Shown: positions 1 to 13,491, numbered from the stretch's first letter. The stretch is 64,000 nt of DNA from an uncultured Bacteroidales bacterium (GCA_963714825.1 CAVQQF010000009.1:3198-67197), one strand, 5' to 3'. Program-made: numbers and translations. The notes: generated by a model from the letters alone, not told the origin.

Positions 1-3000
1 ACCCAGTATTCGCCGGGTGAGTTGAAGGACACCCCGGCTTCGGCTGTATTATCATCGAGTACATAATATAGAAATGTTCCTCCTGCCTCAGGCGATGACC
101 ACATTAACTGCACATCATTACCATTTGTTGTAACCAATTGGGTAAGCAGGTTCATAGGTGCAGGCATAATTATTTGAGCGTAAATATATACGTTATCCAC
201 TGCCCAGTATTGAATATTCCCCGACGATTGGCCAAGAGCCCTGAAACGAACTTTAAAGGGCTGATCTTTTGCCCATAAAGTGATATTAATATTTTCAGGT
301 CTCCATTCAAAACTGCCGTTGTTCGGATATTCCTTAACTGTGTTCCAGGATGTTCCATTCCAAACTTCAATGCTAAGTTTTTCGGTAGCCGATACCGACT
401 GATCCAGAAGTTTCAATTCAAAATCAAGCCATATTTCATAAGGGAAACTGGTAGTTATATTGGTAGGATTTATCCAGTTGCTCTCCAACGCACTCGAATA
501 ATCGACCATCAACGGATCCCACCTGAATTTAGCAGCAGGCACCGGGTTATCCGAATCTTCGTCAACCAGCCAGTTCTGTCCCGGATTCCAAAGGGTGGTA
601 TCAAATTCCCCGCTCGAAAAATCTTCGAAAAATGGTAAATCACCACCATACACAATATCCACACATTCAGGCCCTTCTTTAATTGATTCTGCAGTCGCGC
701 CGGGGAAACCAAAGGCTGTAATATCGTAAACAGCAGTTATATCGTAACAATATGAACCAGGTGCCAGGTTTAAGTCAGTATATTCAAGCGGAGTAGCCGG
801 AACAGTGACCACGATCATATCATTCCTGTAGATATTATAATTTACAACGCTTGCAGCGCTCGGCAAAGGCGCCTCCCATGTAAGAATAGCACCTCCGGTA
901 GTGGCAGTAATGCTGGTATCAACTGCAAGGTTTTGTGGAGGATATAAATAGGAACTTGTAAAGTCAGCCGTATCGGTTTCCGAAATACCTGTGCAGTAAA
1001 CTGCCGCCACAGTGGCCTGGTATGTTTGGCCATAAATGATTGTGGCCGGGTCGAAGGTCCAGGTTTGTGCAGTGGTTTCGCCAACTTCGGTGCCGTCGAG
1101 GTAAACTTTATAACTGAGTACCGGTAAACTGGCGGCGCCTATGGTAACATCATCAACAGCCCAACCGGATGCCTGGTTGCCTGCATCATCGGCATGAAAA
1201 GCAAAATTAACAGCTGGCAGTCCCGTGGGGCCCGAATATGCCGAAAGATCAATATCTACCTGCTGCCAGTCCGCGGAAGGCGCACAGGTGTATATGGGAG
1301 TCCACGAAATACCAAAATCGGCACTCATTTCCACTGTTGCCAGCTGCCCGTTAGCCCCGGTGTAATAACTCCGGAAACTCAGCTTATAGCCTTCCGAACC
1401 GGTGAGATTTAATTCCGGGGTAATAAGATAATCGCAGCAGCCATTGTTTGCAGCGCCTCCCAGCTCGTCGTTAGCTACTGCATATGTTGTATGAGGAGGA
1501 ACGGTAAATGCCGGGCTGCTACCATTGTTGGTGATATTCCAACCTGTTGAAGCTTGTGTAAGAAACTGCCAGCCGGGAATTCCCCCGCTTTCGAAGTCTT
1601 CGTTCAGCAGGTATTCGAGCGGAGCGTCCCAGGTAGCTATCAGCGAACCGCCATCAACCATAAGATTATCAGGCTTGTACAAAACCTGTAAAAGCGTTGC
1701 ATCCACACTCTGATTGTTTTGTAGTGTAACCGTTGAAGTATAGGTTTCGTAGCCAATATAGCTTATCGTCAATCCATACTCTCCTTTGATAATATGGCTG
1801 AAAACTAATGCACCTGATGCCGGAACGGTATCTGTTAAAATATCGTATGGATAATTCTGTCCGCTAAGGATAACCACAGCTCCTACGGCAGGCGCCAGCC
1901 CGCACTCCAGCATGGCATTAACGGTTAAATCGGCGAACATTTTATGAGGCACAATGTTCGTATAAGTATACTCCGATAACTGTGCATTTGGATATCTTGC
2001 TTTAACACCATAAGCATACCAACCTTTTGGCAAACAATCCAGGTGCTTCCACTCTCTGTAAAGGTTGTTCCGGTAATAGAATTACTTATTTGGTTGTATG
2101 CACCCGCTGTAGGTGCAACCGGGTTATTGCTCCCAAAAATATCCGTGTAGAGGTTATACATGTCTACACTATCGGGGCTGCTTACTATGGCCCGTATCAT
2201 AAAATCCTGGTAAGCCGAAACCTCCCACTCTCCCCCGTTGCCGACATCGCGCGAATAACTTTTATTCACCAGGGGCGGGGTTTCATCCACACCCAGGGGT
2301 GCAGAGTTGGGCCAGGCACTGGTTTGTATAATTACAATAAAGAAGTCACCGCTTGTAACAGTTGCATTCAGGGCGGCTACATTAACCCATCCGAGGTTGT
2401 TTACCATCGCAGCAACTGAATCAATCGTTGTACCAGGCAGTCCGTTGGCATCGGGTGTTTTAACTAAAACGTAAAAGCTGCTTCCCATAAACACCCCTCC
2501 GGCCGGGGAACTTCCATCTCCAACATAAATTTTAGCGCCTGAAACCCTGGCAGGATAGCTATCGGGCGTGAATTTCACTGCGTTCATATTTCCTGCAACA
2601 TTCCATACTGCATAATTTTCGGCTGTACCGTCGTCGTAAATCAATTCGTTAGAGACAGAGGGTAAACACCAGCTTACTACACATTCAGTATCCTCAAAAT
2701 TTACCGCAGCTGTTGCACAGGCAGGTGGATAAGGTTCCTGGAACATTGCAGCATTGAGAGTGGTGGTATTTCCTCCTGATGCCACAACACCAACTATATT
2801 TACGGTCTGATACCCAACTTTACTGATTGAAACATCATAGGTTCCTTCATTCAAATTAAGGTAATAATTACCTGTTTCATTGGTCATCGCACTTTGTCCT
2901 CCGGCTGAAACAAGCGCCCCGTTCAGCGGCTCTCCGCTTACGCCATCTGTTACACTTCCTTCCAGTATTGCAGGTAAACCAACTATCATAGTAGCCGGGA

Positions 3001-4183
3001 TACCGACGGTTGGCTGCAGAGGATCGTTGCTATGGAGTTCCAGTGTATCGGTATAAACACCCTGAAGGGCAAAATTACCAGTTGCATTAAAAGTGGCGAT
3101 TAAGTTTATTGTAGCACCTGCTGCAACAAAACCGCTGGCAGGAACTACCGCTGTAATAAAGGTCGGCGCCTTGATATTTACAGAGTAATCTTCCACTTCA
3201 CCATAAGTTTGTGATCCACAGGCATTGGCAGCCGTATTATACGACAAACGTACACGCATAGTAGTTAAGCCTGACATAGCACCTGCCGGAACAGCAATGT
3301 TGCCCGAGAAATTTGAACCGCCTCCAAGGGTAGCAAGTTGGGTAAGCTCGGATGCATCGAATACATTATTATGATCGTAATCAATCCAAACATACAAATA
3401 GTCGGAGCCATATGGATTACCCCCGTTGGTAACAGTCATAGGATATGTAAGACCTTTTACAAGATCAGTAGAAATAGCAGAGTAATTGCCATAGTTGGTG
3501 CAACCGGAAGTATTGTTGATGGTTCCGAGCTTAATATTGCCTATATAATCGTCGCATGCAGTTGAAGTAGCAGTACAATATGCCTGCGGGTTGTCGCCCG
3601 AATGATCTACATAATCAGGAAATTCGAAAGCCAGAGTTCCCAAACCCGTATTTATTATATGTAAGGAAACACTTCTACTGGTGTTTGTCCATACTGTTGC
3701 TATAAGAGCGGCAGGCGACCAGGTCAACGTTGGGTTGGGCCATTCCAGGAGGTCACAATCAGGAGTAGTGGTTCCCGTGCTGTAAAAGGCTTCAACACAA
3801 TAGGTATAATTTCCAAAGGTCGGGAGCAGATCGGTATAGTTAGTGGCTGCAGGGACAACCGCTATCTGCACAGCTTCACGCTTAATAATATAATACAGGA
3901 AACCTGCTGATGGAGTGCAATCCCAGCTTAGATTTACCTCGCCGGTGATATTATCAGTAAGAACAGCCTGTACATTTGTTACGGGTACTTCATTAATCCC
4001 GGGAAAGATTCGGTTAAGCGGCAAATCCACTGTCCCTATAACAGGAGTGGTTTTATAATAATTATTTCCTTTGAAGGCTGGACCGGAAATAAAAGGCCTG
4101 GTAAAATCCGGGGTTATTGCCGAAGCGCTGCTCCATAAAATCAGTAATACCAAAAGGCTTGATAGGTAGTAAATTTTCTTCAT
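1..4183 (-). pseudogene. Giant surface-protein paralog 3 (same family as 14159..21694). The 3' end runs off the window and the reading frame is broken once near 2030-2045.
   Basis: ORF 1925..4183 starts with a signal peptide (MKKIYYLSSLLVLLILWSSASA) and carries the GEVED-type block (..GSQTYGEVEDYSVNI..). Similarity to the 2511-aa paralog stops right after ..TESGSTW and resumes in another frame (..GWYAYGVKARYPNAQ.., ..HKMFADLTV..). I read that second frame codon by codon and found no stop from 2081 down to base 1 (last residues ..VLDDNTAEAGVSFNSPGEYW). This is one continuous gene with a single frameshift, either a true pseudogene or a sequencing error. Confidence 0.8.
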
Positions 4184-4418
4184 AGGGGTGATTTTAAAAG
4201 CAATACATTGTAAATTAATTATATACCAGGTAATCAGTTATTGTTCAGCAAGCCGGAATTCAGAGTTTAATCCTTTGTTCGATCAAATACCCTAAGCGAA
4301 GTTAATTAAAATGGTAACGGTTCAATTTTTCTCAATGTAATATTGAATGTAAACGCAGCACTTCATCTCCATTTGAAACCCGGCTTTGGATAAATGGCTT
4401 GTTCAGTATGTTTACTAC

Positions 4419-4455
4419 CTATATAGACACTTGAAAACGGGTTTACCCCTACAAG
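4419..4455 (-). promoter_or_regulatory. Conserved 37-nt upstream motif, copy A (candidate alternative-sigma promoter or operator)
   Basis: Plus strand ctatatagacacttgaaaacgggtttacccctacaag, 235 nt 5' of the paralog-3 ATG (4183). It shares an identical 18-nt core TATATAGACACTTGAAAA with copies at 13042, 25081 and 28413. Confidence 0.45.
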
Positions 4456-4734
4456 GGGAAAAAATAAATATTGAGATAGTAGATATATTGCATAAACTCA
4501 AAAACACAATAGGCAAGGACTTTGGGGAATTGGGGGTTATAATCTGAATTATTGAATAGAAGAACATTATGGGAGGTCGGAGTCGGGAGTCGGGAGGGAG
4601 TCGGGAATCGGAAGTAACCCAATATGCAGCCATTAACTTATTCCCTTACAACTTTAATCTTTGATTCCGATCGGGAACAATTTTTGAATTTTGAATTTTG
4701 CTCCCGCTAATTATCGGGATTGCCCTTTGAATTT

Positions 4735-4904
4735 CCTTTACCAGGGAGGATATTTTCATTTTGCACTTTGCATTTTTAGTTTACAAGTTACCCCCGCCCC
4801 CCGGAGGGGCCAAACGTAGACGAGTTATGACCTTTAACCTTCGGCCTTCGAATGCTAAGCGTAGGTTGCTGAGCGTAGCCGAAGTAAGCCGAAGCATGAC
4901 CTTT
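4735..4904. repeat. Composite spacer block (hairpin cccccggaggggg, gctgagcgtaggtt and cgaagnaagn words), copy 1 of 2
   Basis: Collinear with 13901..14105. Shared string ..ggaggatattttcattttgcac..tttacaagttacccccgccccccggagg..ccaaacgtagacgagttatgacctttaaccttcggccttcgaatgct.agcgtaggttgctgagcg..gaagcatgaccttt. The 14-mer has about 1.5 copies here versus about 4.6 in the other block. Confidence 0.85.
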
Positions 4905-5104
4905 GCTCTTTGACTTTTGACCTTTGAATTTCCTTTACCACGGAGGCACGGATAACACAGAGCACAGAGATATTGGTAGGATCGGATCACATTCACTGTT
5001 CACAATTCACTATTCCGTCCGTCGTCAGGCAAAACTTTTTCTTTGACCTTTTCACTTTCTTGCCTGCTGCGCAGAAGCAGGACCTTTGACTTTTGACTTT
5101 TCCC

Positions 5105-5136
5105 AAACAAAAAGGCCCCCTCACGGGAGCCTTTTT
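5105..5136 (-). terminator. Rho-independent terminator downstream of gene copy 5175..12688
   Basis: On the minus strand: GGCTCCC-gtga-GGGGGCC (7-bp stem with one G-U pair) followed by TTTTTGTTT. An A-run lies on the other side. The same structure follows the intact paralog at 14106..14139. Confidence 0.8.
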
Positions 5137-5174
5137 CACATTTTCCAATTAAGGATTATTTGCTTACAACGAAC

Positions 5175-8100
5175 TTACGGCTGAAGATTTGCATTTGTGG
5201 TGGTGAATTTCACGCTATAAGCACCGGCTGCGTAGTTAGAAGTGTTGAGCGTAATGGTGGTTTCACCCTTAACGGTCTTCTCTGCTACTACTGATCCCAG
5301 TGAATTGTATACCATAATGCTGCTTACTGCTTTGGTAAGATCAATTCTTACATAAGTGGTGGCAGGGTTAGGATATACTTTTACTTCGTTGGTTTCGCTT
5401 GGGTTAACACCTACGAAAATACAATCCCAGTCAATGTTCGACGGCATCGATTCGCCTTCAGTATAAACAGCGGTTACCTGGTATTCGTAACAGTTGGTTA
5501 CTAAGTTCGAAAGATTCATGTCGAGGTACTCGGTTTGTGTTACAGTAGCAATTTTAACCCAGGTTGGGGTTGCGGTGCTGGTACCTGCCGGGAATACAGC
5601 ATATGCATTGCGGTATACATTGAAACCGGTTAATGCGTCGCTGTTATCGCCAAGGATGGTAGCATTTGCAACTTCGCTGCCTGTGTTGTTATTCAACGGT
5701 TTGGCCGATAATGTACCTGCCAATGGTGATGAATAACTGCTGCTGCTGGTCGAAGGTTGGAAGGTTACCTGTGTCTTGCTGTCGCCAACAAGGCCGGTAG
5801 CGCGGATAAAGGTTACACTTGGAGCAAATCCGAAGCTGCTGAGTTTATCCCATCCTGATCCGTCGTAATACCACTCAAGGTCTAAGGCTGCATTCGGGCC
5901 ATTCTCGTCAAGATTGAGAACATCCGATTGCGTAGCTACAACCATGTGTAACATCACGTAGAAAGTTCCATCGAAAGCTACATCAGGTAAGGCTACGTTA
6001 GTCCACTCACCGAAGGTCGGGGTGAAGGTTGCGGAGCTTCCTACCAGGTTTTTGCCTGAATCGAAGATATCGAATGAATAGGTTGCTGAACCATTAGCAT
6101 CCATAAATACTGAAGCGGATTGTAATACACCGGCATCGGTAATCGGGAACTCGTTTCCTAACCAGCCTTCGCCAGCTGCATTGAAGTAAACTCCGTTTTC
6201 AGCTGTGTTGTCATCGAGGATGTACGACATAATTGTTCCACCACCTTCAGGTGCACTCCAGGTCAACTTAATGTCGTTCTGTGGTGTACCTTCGCGGGTA
6301 GCTACAAGGTTCAACGGTGGCATAAATTCGTATCCAACATAGATATGAATATTGTCAACTGCCCAGTAATAAATATCACCAGTCAGAGCGCCATTGGCAT
6401 TGAAACGTACTTTAAACACCTTGTTCTTAGCCTGGTTGCTAATGTTGATATGTTCTGATGTCCAGTCGAAATCACCATTGTTGGCATATTCCTTAACTGT
6501 AACCCAGCTTGAGCCGTTCCATACTTCTACTGTGAGCATTTCCATAGTTGAAGCAGTACGATCGTCAAGTTTCAGATCAAAGTCCATCCATATCTTATAA
6601 GGAGTGGTAGTGTTTACGGTGGTAGCATTCAGGTAGAAACTCTCCAGTGAACTCGAATAATCGGTCATCAGAGGATCCCATTTGAATTTAGCTGATGGTA
6701 ATGCATTACCAGCCTGGCCGTCCATAACCCAGTTCTGACCAACAGTCCACATGTTTACGTCGAATTGTCCGGTGGTCCAGTCTTCCATAAACGGAAGGTT
6801 GAAGCCGAAGAATACATCAACACATGCAGTTCCTTCTTTAATTGATTCGCCGGTTGTGCCAGGGAATCCATAAGGAGTAAGGTCATATACTGCGGTGATA
6901 TCGTAGCAATAAGCAGCTGGCATAAGATCCAGATCCCAGTATTCGGTCTCTGTTTTTGGTATGTTGGCTACTACTGCATCGTCGCGGTAGAGGTTATAGC
7001 TAACGAGGTTACCTGCTGGGCCTCCGCCACCTGGATCTGCGCTCATGTCATATTCAAACACATGATCTTGCTGAACAAGGCCTAACATTACATAGTGTCC
7101 GCTTACAAGTAAATTGGTATAAGCCAATCCACCAGCGATGCCACCAGCAAATAAGGTAAGGTCGGTTGATGCATCATGCATATCACCTGTAGCTGTAAGG
7201 GTTGTTCCGTCAATAGCAACAAGGTCAACACCATTGCCACCCTGATCGAACATCCAGAGGATATTGCCAATAGGATCATAACCTGAACCGTAGCATCCTG
7301 TTAATCCGAATCCGGCTGCACTGGCTATCAGTGAACCATCCATCTTGATGCTTCTCAGACTGGCCCATTCGCCTACATAGAATCCACCATTACCACCATC
7401 GAGGTTTTTGTTGTAACTGATGTGACGGATAGTAGTACCAGGAGCACTAACTGATCCGATCAGAACCTTATTGGTGAAATCCATTTCGTACAACGTAGTG
7501 CTGTTGTTCGAACCATAGAAATGATGATTTACAGTATTGTATGCAAGGTCGCGGATACTGTTAACACCAGCAATGCTGAAGTCTTCGATAAAGTTACCTG
7601 CAAGGTCGAATTTGGTGAATCCACCGCCGCTCCAGATGGTTGAATAAATAAATGAACCATCGGTTTCAATACCGGCGTGACCGGCTGTTGGCATAGCAAA
7701 CTCCAGAAGAATATCCCACATAGCAGCAGCAGCATCGCCACCGGTGTATTGGGTTACCATTGGGCTGTACTCAGCAGTTGCGATAGGCATTTCGGTACGA
7801 ACAATCGATCCGGTTGCAGCATAATCGCCACTCAAAGGAGGTTCCCATGTAAGGATAGCAGCACCCGAAGTAGTTGAAATATTTGCAACAGCTTCGAGGT
7901 TACGTGGAGGATAGAGGAAACAACTGGTGAAAGTATAGGTTTCCAGTTCGGAGTAACCTGAACAATACAATCCGGCTACACCTGCTACGTAAGTTTGTCC
8001 GTAGTTGATAGTACTTGGGTTAAATGTCCAGGTAAGATCAGGAGTCTGACCAACTTCAGTTCCATCGAGGAATACGCCGTAACCTTGTACAGGTACGCCG

Positions 8101-11100
8101 CCCGAAGCAAGCATTACATCATCGATAGCCCAGCCTGATGCCCATTGTGCAGCATCGTCAGCGTGGAATGCAAACCATACCGAACCAAGACCTGCTGCAC
8201 CTGAATAAGCTGCCAGATCAATATCTATCTGCTGCCAGGTAGCTGCCGGTGTACATGTGTAGATCGGTGTCCAGCTTGCGCCGGCATCGGTACTCATTTC
8301 AACGAAAGCCATCTGGCCAAAGTCGCCGTTGTAGAAGCTCTGGAAGCTGAGTACATAGCTTGGTAAAGCTGTAAGATCCAGTTCAGGAGTGATCAGGTAA
8401 TCGCAACATCCGTTGTTGGCCGATCCACCTTCGTCATCATTAGCTACAGCATAGGTAGTATGACCAGGAATAGCAAAGTATGCGCTTCCACCATCGGTGG
8501 TGCCATACCAGCCTACTGAACCCTGGGTTAATGCCTGCCAGCCAGCTGGAGGGAATACACCACCTTCGAAGTTTTCCATTACGGCTATTGCCAATGGCTC
8601 TTCCCAGGTAGCTACAAGAGTTCCGCATTCAACCATCAGGTTGCGTGGTTTGTAACGCAGGTCATCAAGAATAGCATCAATGGTCTTGTTTGCATTAATG
8701 GTTACTTCAACACTGTACGTATAATAACCGGCCTTAACAATCTCGAGCAGGTATTTTCCTTTAATTACGTTATCAAAGAATACAGTACCTGAAGCAGGAA
8801 CAGTAGCAGTGAGAACATCGAAAGGATAATCCTGGCCAATAAGAGTTACAGTTGCTCCTTCGGCAGGAACAAAACCGCAAACCAGTTGTACGTTAACAGT
8901 TACATCAGCAAACATTTTGTGTGGTACATTATTAGTATACACATAAGGTGATTGCTGTGCGTTAGGATAAGTTGCTTTTACACCGTAAGCATACCAGCCC
9001 TGAGCCAATCCTGACCAGGTTGATCCACCTTCGGTATAGGTAGTAGCAGTGATATCATTGCTGATGGTGGTGAATACACCGGCTGCAGGAGCAACAGGAG
9101 TTACAGCACCTAAGAAAATACGTGCAAGGTGATATTTGCTAACCATATCGCTGTTATCGTATCCTTCGGGAGCAGTTACCATGGCGCTCATTCCGGTTTG
9201 TCCGGCTACAGCCATTGGTTTACTGCTGCCGAAATCATACCGGCTACTTTACCAGGTATTGCCTGAGCAACTACCATAGCATCATCGTCGCCGCTCATCG
9301 GGCCACTTACGATAGCATGCATCATAAAGTCCTGGTATGGGCTTAATACCCATGGACTGTTGGTGCTTACGTTACGCGAATAGCTCTTATAAGCTTTAGG
9401 TTGTGATTCGTCAACACCGATTGGTGCGCAGTTAGGTGACATTGTTCCCTGTACCATTACGATAAAGAAATCGCCACTTGTAATATTAGCATTCAGGCCG
9501 GTTACATTAACCCAACCGAAGTTGGTTACTGATGCACCTACTGAATCGATCATAGTACCAGGCATGCCGTTAGCGTCGGTATTGAAAACCTTAACAGCAA
9601 ATTCAGCACCGTTGATTACGCCACCGGCTGGGAAACTACCGTCGCCAACAAAAAGTTTAGCGCCGACAACCTTTGCAGGATAGCCTTTAGGGGTGAATTT
9701 AACAGCATTCATGTTACCCGGAACCTGCCATGCAGCAAAGTTCTCAGCAGTACCGTCGTCGTACAGTAATTCGTATGGACCCGAAGGTACACACCATGTA
9801 ACAACACACTCGGTATCGGTAGCATTTACTGCTGCCGATGCACACGAAGGAGCATAAAGTTCTTCGCACATCATTGCATTTACGGTTGTGGTATTGCCTG
9901 CAGTTACTATTGAGTTGGCAACGGTTACAGTCTGATAGCCTGCCCTGGTAAATACGAGATCGTAAGTACCTGCATCAGCCATAAAGCTGTATTCGCCGTT
10001 ATCGTCGGTCATTGCCATAAAAGTACCGGCATTAACCATAACACCTGGTAATACATCACCGCTTACACAATCAGTTACAACACCCGATAACATACCAGGA
10101 ACAGTTACTGTCATAGTACAAGGAATGTTTACTGCGGCGTTGGCCAGGTCGTTGCTGTTCAGGGCTAGCTGGTTTACATATACACCTGCTGGTGCATAGT
10201 CGCCGATAGCTGAGAAAGTTGGTTTTACCTTAACAGTAGCACCGGCAGCAACAAAACCGCTGGCTGGAACAACTGCTGTAATAAAGGTCGGAGCCTTGAT
10301 GTTTACAGAGTAATCTTCGACCTCACCCCAGGTTTGTGAACCACATGGGTTGGCAGCTGTGCTGTACGACATACGCACACGCATGGTAGTTACACCCGAC
10401 ATAGCTCCGGCAGGAACAGCAATGTTGCCTGCAAAGTTGGAACCGCCACCAAGGGTAGCAAGCTGGGTAAGTTCGCTGGCTTCGAAGGTATCGTTGTGAT
10501 TGTAGTCAATCCAAACATATACATAATCGGTGCTGTAAGCATTTCCTCCGTTGAGTGCAGTCATAGGATAAGTTACACCTTTTACAAGATCAGTCGATAT
10601 TGCAGTGTAGTTTCCATAATTGGTACATCCCGAAGTATTATTGATAGTTCCGAGATTTACATTACCAATATACTCATCACAAGCGGTTGATGTAGCTGTA
10701 CAATATGCCAGCGGGCTGTCGCCTGAATTATCAACATAGTCAGGGAATTCATAAGCAAGAGTTCCGAGGCCTGTGTTATTGATATCGAGGGTTACCTGTT
10801 TGCTGGTACCTGTCCATACGGTAGCTGCAAGAGCTGCTGGCGACCAGGTCATGGTTGGGTTTGGCCATTCAACAACTACACATGCAGGAGCAGTAGCACC
10901 GGCTGTATAAACAGCATCTACACAATAGTCATATGTTCCAAAAGTAGGAAGCATATCGTTATATGTAGTGGCTGTAGGAACAATAGCAATCTGTGTTCCG
11001 TTACGTTTTACGGTATAATAAAGGAATCCTGTGCCAGGGGTGCATTCCCATGTGAGGTTAACTGCACCTGTCATCTGGTTGGTAAGGGTTCCGTCAAGGT

Positions 11101-12688
11101 TGGTAACAGGTACAAGAGCTTCACCGGCTACAACCATATTTACAGGAGCAACTATGGTTCCAACGTTAGGACTTGAAACAAAAGTAACTGTTGCCGAAAG
11201 CAAAGTACCTGAAGCAAGACCTGAAGCATTGAAATTAGCTGCTACCGAAGCATTGGTTGATGAAGCAACGGTGCCGGTAAGCACTGGCATGCTGAACCAT
11301 GAATGGTTACTGCTGCCGTAAGCTATAGTAGCAGTCCATGTAAGTGGTCCGCAACCAGGGTTGGTAACTGTAAACGCATTGTTAATAAATGCATTCGGGT
11401 TCAGCGATACGTTGTTCGGGTTAGGAAGAACAGTCATACCTGGTTGTGTGAGTGTAACATTCTGTGCAGTTACAGCACTTGGAAGAACAATAACACCAGG
11501 AACAGTAACAGTATTGTAACCTACCTTTTGAGCAGCTAAAGTATAAGTAGCAGCAGGAATATTTACAAACTGGTATTTACCATCCACAGCAGTTGTTGTG
11601 GTATAAGTAGCAGGCCCTGTAACAGCAACAGTGGCTCCCTCAACGGGAACACCGTAACAGTTCAGAACAAAGCCTTCCATAGTACCAAAACCGGCTAAGG
11701 TTGTAAACGACCATACAGGTGCTGATGCGGGTTGACCACCACCGTTAAAAGGAATGATGCTCCAATAATAAGTAGTATTGAAAACCATATCCGGATTCGG
11801 GTCGTAGGTAGGTGAATTAACAGTAACACCGTTGGCAATGTTGGTAGGAGGATTGTCGGTACCAAAATAAACCAGGTATCCGGCAGGAGCTCCACCGGTT
11901 GCACCGGCTGTCCAGTTAAGTGTTGAAGTAGTAAGAATACCGGTTCCACCGTTAGCAGGTGAACCAATAACTGCGACCGAAGGAGGAATCAGCGTATAAC
12001 TGTATGTTAAACCTGAAGCAGGAAAAACAGTTGATGTTAAGGTCATAGTAGCAGTGTTAGAAGTACCTGCTGTACTGGCTGACCAGTCGGTGGTAGTAGT
12101 GCGGTTAAAATAATCGGTATTGGTAGCACCTCTTAAACCCAGCTGTGGATGAACAGGTGAAGCATAAGCCGTTCCGACGCATGTACCGAAAACAAACTCA
12201 ATTTTGTTTGTGGTTTCGTACAGTTTAATCTGGAAGTTTAGGCTTTCGTCAGCATAGCTTGTGCCATACCGTTTTGCATTTATCCAGTTAATGGTAAATA
12301 CGCGGTAAGGAGCTGCACCCGTGGTTTCGTAGCGGATTTCGCTGCCTGCCTGGCCTTGTAAGTCGCGTCCCATAATTGAGATTGCGAAAGGGGTAGCAGT
12401 AGTCGACGAAATCGGGGCATAGCCCATAGATCCTGTCGTAAGTCGACAGGTATCCATTGCAACTTGCCCTCAACGTATTGACGGCGTTGTACCGTTGGCT
12501 GTGAAATCAAAGCCAAGTGGAACATCAGCAGTTGCATCGTCCCAAGTGCCTGTTTGCCAAAGCGTACCGCCTGTAACAGCAGTATAGGTTCCGGCATTGG
12601 AAGCAAATGTGTAGGATGAGGCAACTTGACCGTACGAGTTCCATGCTGCGAATACGAGCAGGAACATTACAGTAAGGAATTTTCTCAT
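5175..12688 (-). pseudogene. Disrupted copy of the 2511-aa giant T9SS surface protein, in three collinear ORF pieces
   Basis: Pieces 12470..12688 (72 aa, signal peptide MRKFLTVMFLLVFAAWNSYGQ), 9206..12457 (1083 aa) and 5175..9215 (1346 aa) align end to end with 14159..21694. Lesions: an in-frame TGA at 12470-12472; a 2-nt surplus near 9216-9230 (..AGMISAAVNQWL* versus ..AGMISQSKPMAVAG); and a 2-nt deficit near 5190-5205 that truncates the sorting domain (..KFTTTNANLQP* versus ..KFTTASGETFSRKFVVSK*). Confidence 0.85.
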
Positions 12689-13041
12689 TGTTTTTGTTTT
12701 AGTTAATAATTAATTGATTAAAAATGATTAATTTAATAATGGCGGGCAACTACCCGCACTTTCTTTGGAATTCTTTTCTCAGGTTTTCTCTTTCTGTCCT
12801 TTTTTTTAAGAATTAGTTAATAATTTGGTTTTTCCACTTATAATTTGGGAGAGTAAGTGCAAAAAAAAGTATTCAGATGTACGTTAATTTGGGTATTCAA
12901 AAAATTTTTATACGAAAAGGATCCATCCTTATCGTATAAAACAACGCAAACTACAATCGTATTGAACAGTATACCAAGCTCTTAGAGAATATACGAGTGA
13001 TTTATTAATCATTGGTACGCTACAAATATATTATTTATTAC

Positions 13042-13078
13042 CTATATAGACACTTGAAAACGGATTTACCCCTACAAG
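13042..13078 (-). promoter_or_regulatory. Conserved 37-nt upstream motif, copy B
   Basis: ctatatagacacttgaaaacggatttacccctacaag, 353 nt 5' of ATG 12688. It lies in a spacer that is partly duplicated with 4184..5174. Confidence 0.45.
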
Positions 13079-13386
13079 CATATTAAAAATATTTTACAAA
13101 GAATGCATTTTTAAGTGATTCACTGAGACACTTTTACTTCGCAAATGGATTTTTCGCGTATAAAGACGTTTGTTTGTGCTCCCAGATATTGCCTTTTTGT
13201 TAGTATGTATCTTTTCGTATTCTTATGCCTGAACATATGTTTAACAGGTAGTTTTAAAAGTACGAAATAAATCCTGAATTAAACAGAATTCTTCCATTTT
13301 GCAGGATTCATTCCAAATTCGAACAACAAACCAACAGAACAAATGAAAAAAAGTTTTAGTTCGGTATTTATCATTTAATTATGGCT

Positions 13387-13408
13387 GGATCCTGATAGCT
13401 TTCGGGAC
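13387..13408. repeat. Degenerate copy of the palindromic element GGATCCCGATAGCTATCGGGA
   Basis: ggatcctgatagctttcgggac, followed by the G-rich word repeat gtgggaggtgggaggtaggaggtgag. Confidence 0.6.
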
Positions 13409-13473
13409 GGATGTGGGAGGTGGGAGGTAGGAGGTGAGATGTTAAATTTTTCACTTTAACTTTTGAATTTTGA

Positions 13474-13491
13474 TCCCGATAGCTATCGGGA
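13474..13491. repeat. Palindromic element core TCCCGATAGCTATCGGGA
   Basis: Perfect 18-nt palindrome flanked by (ttgaatt)n words. Confidence 0.85.

Noticed and set aside
9206-9215. The 10-nt overlap of ORFs 9206..12457 and 5175..9215 as a genuine two-gene arrangement
   Set aside because: The intact paralog reads straight through the equivalent point (..GMISQSKPMAVAGQTG..). The downstream piece has no signal peptide of its own.
12470-12472. In-frame TGA as selenocysteine or programmed read-through
   Set aside because: The surrounding ~13 codons do not match the paralog in this frame, and the gene has two further frameshifts. No SECIS-like hairpin is evident. Disruption is the simpler reading.
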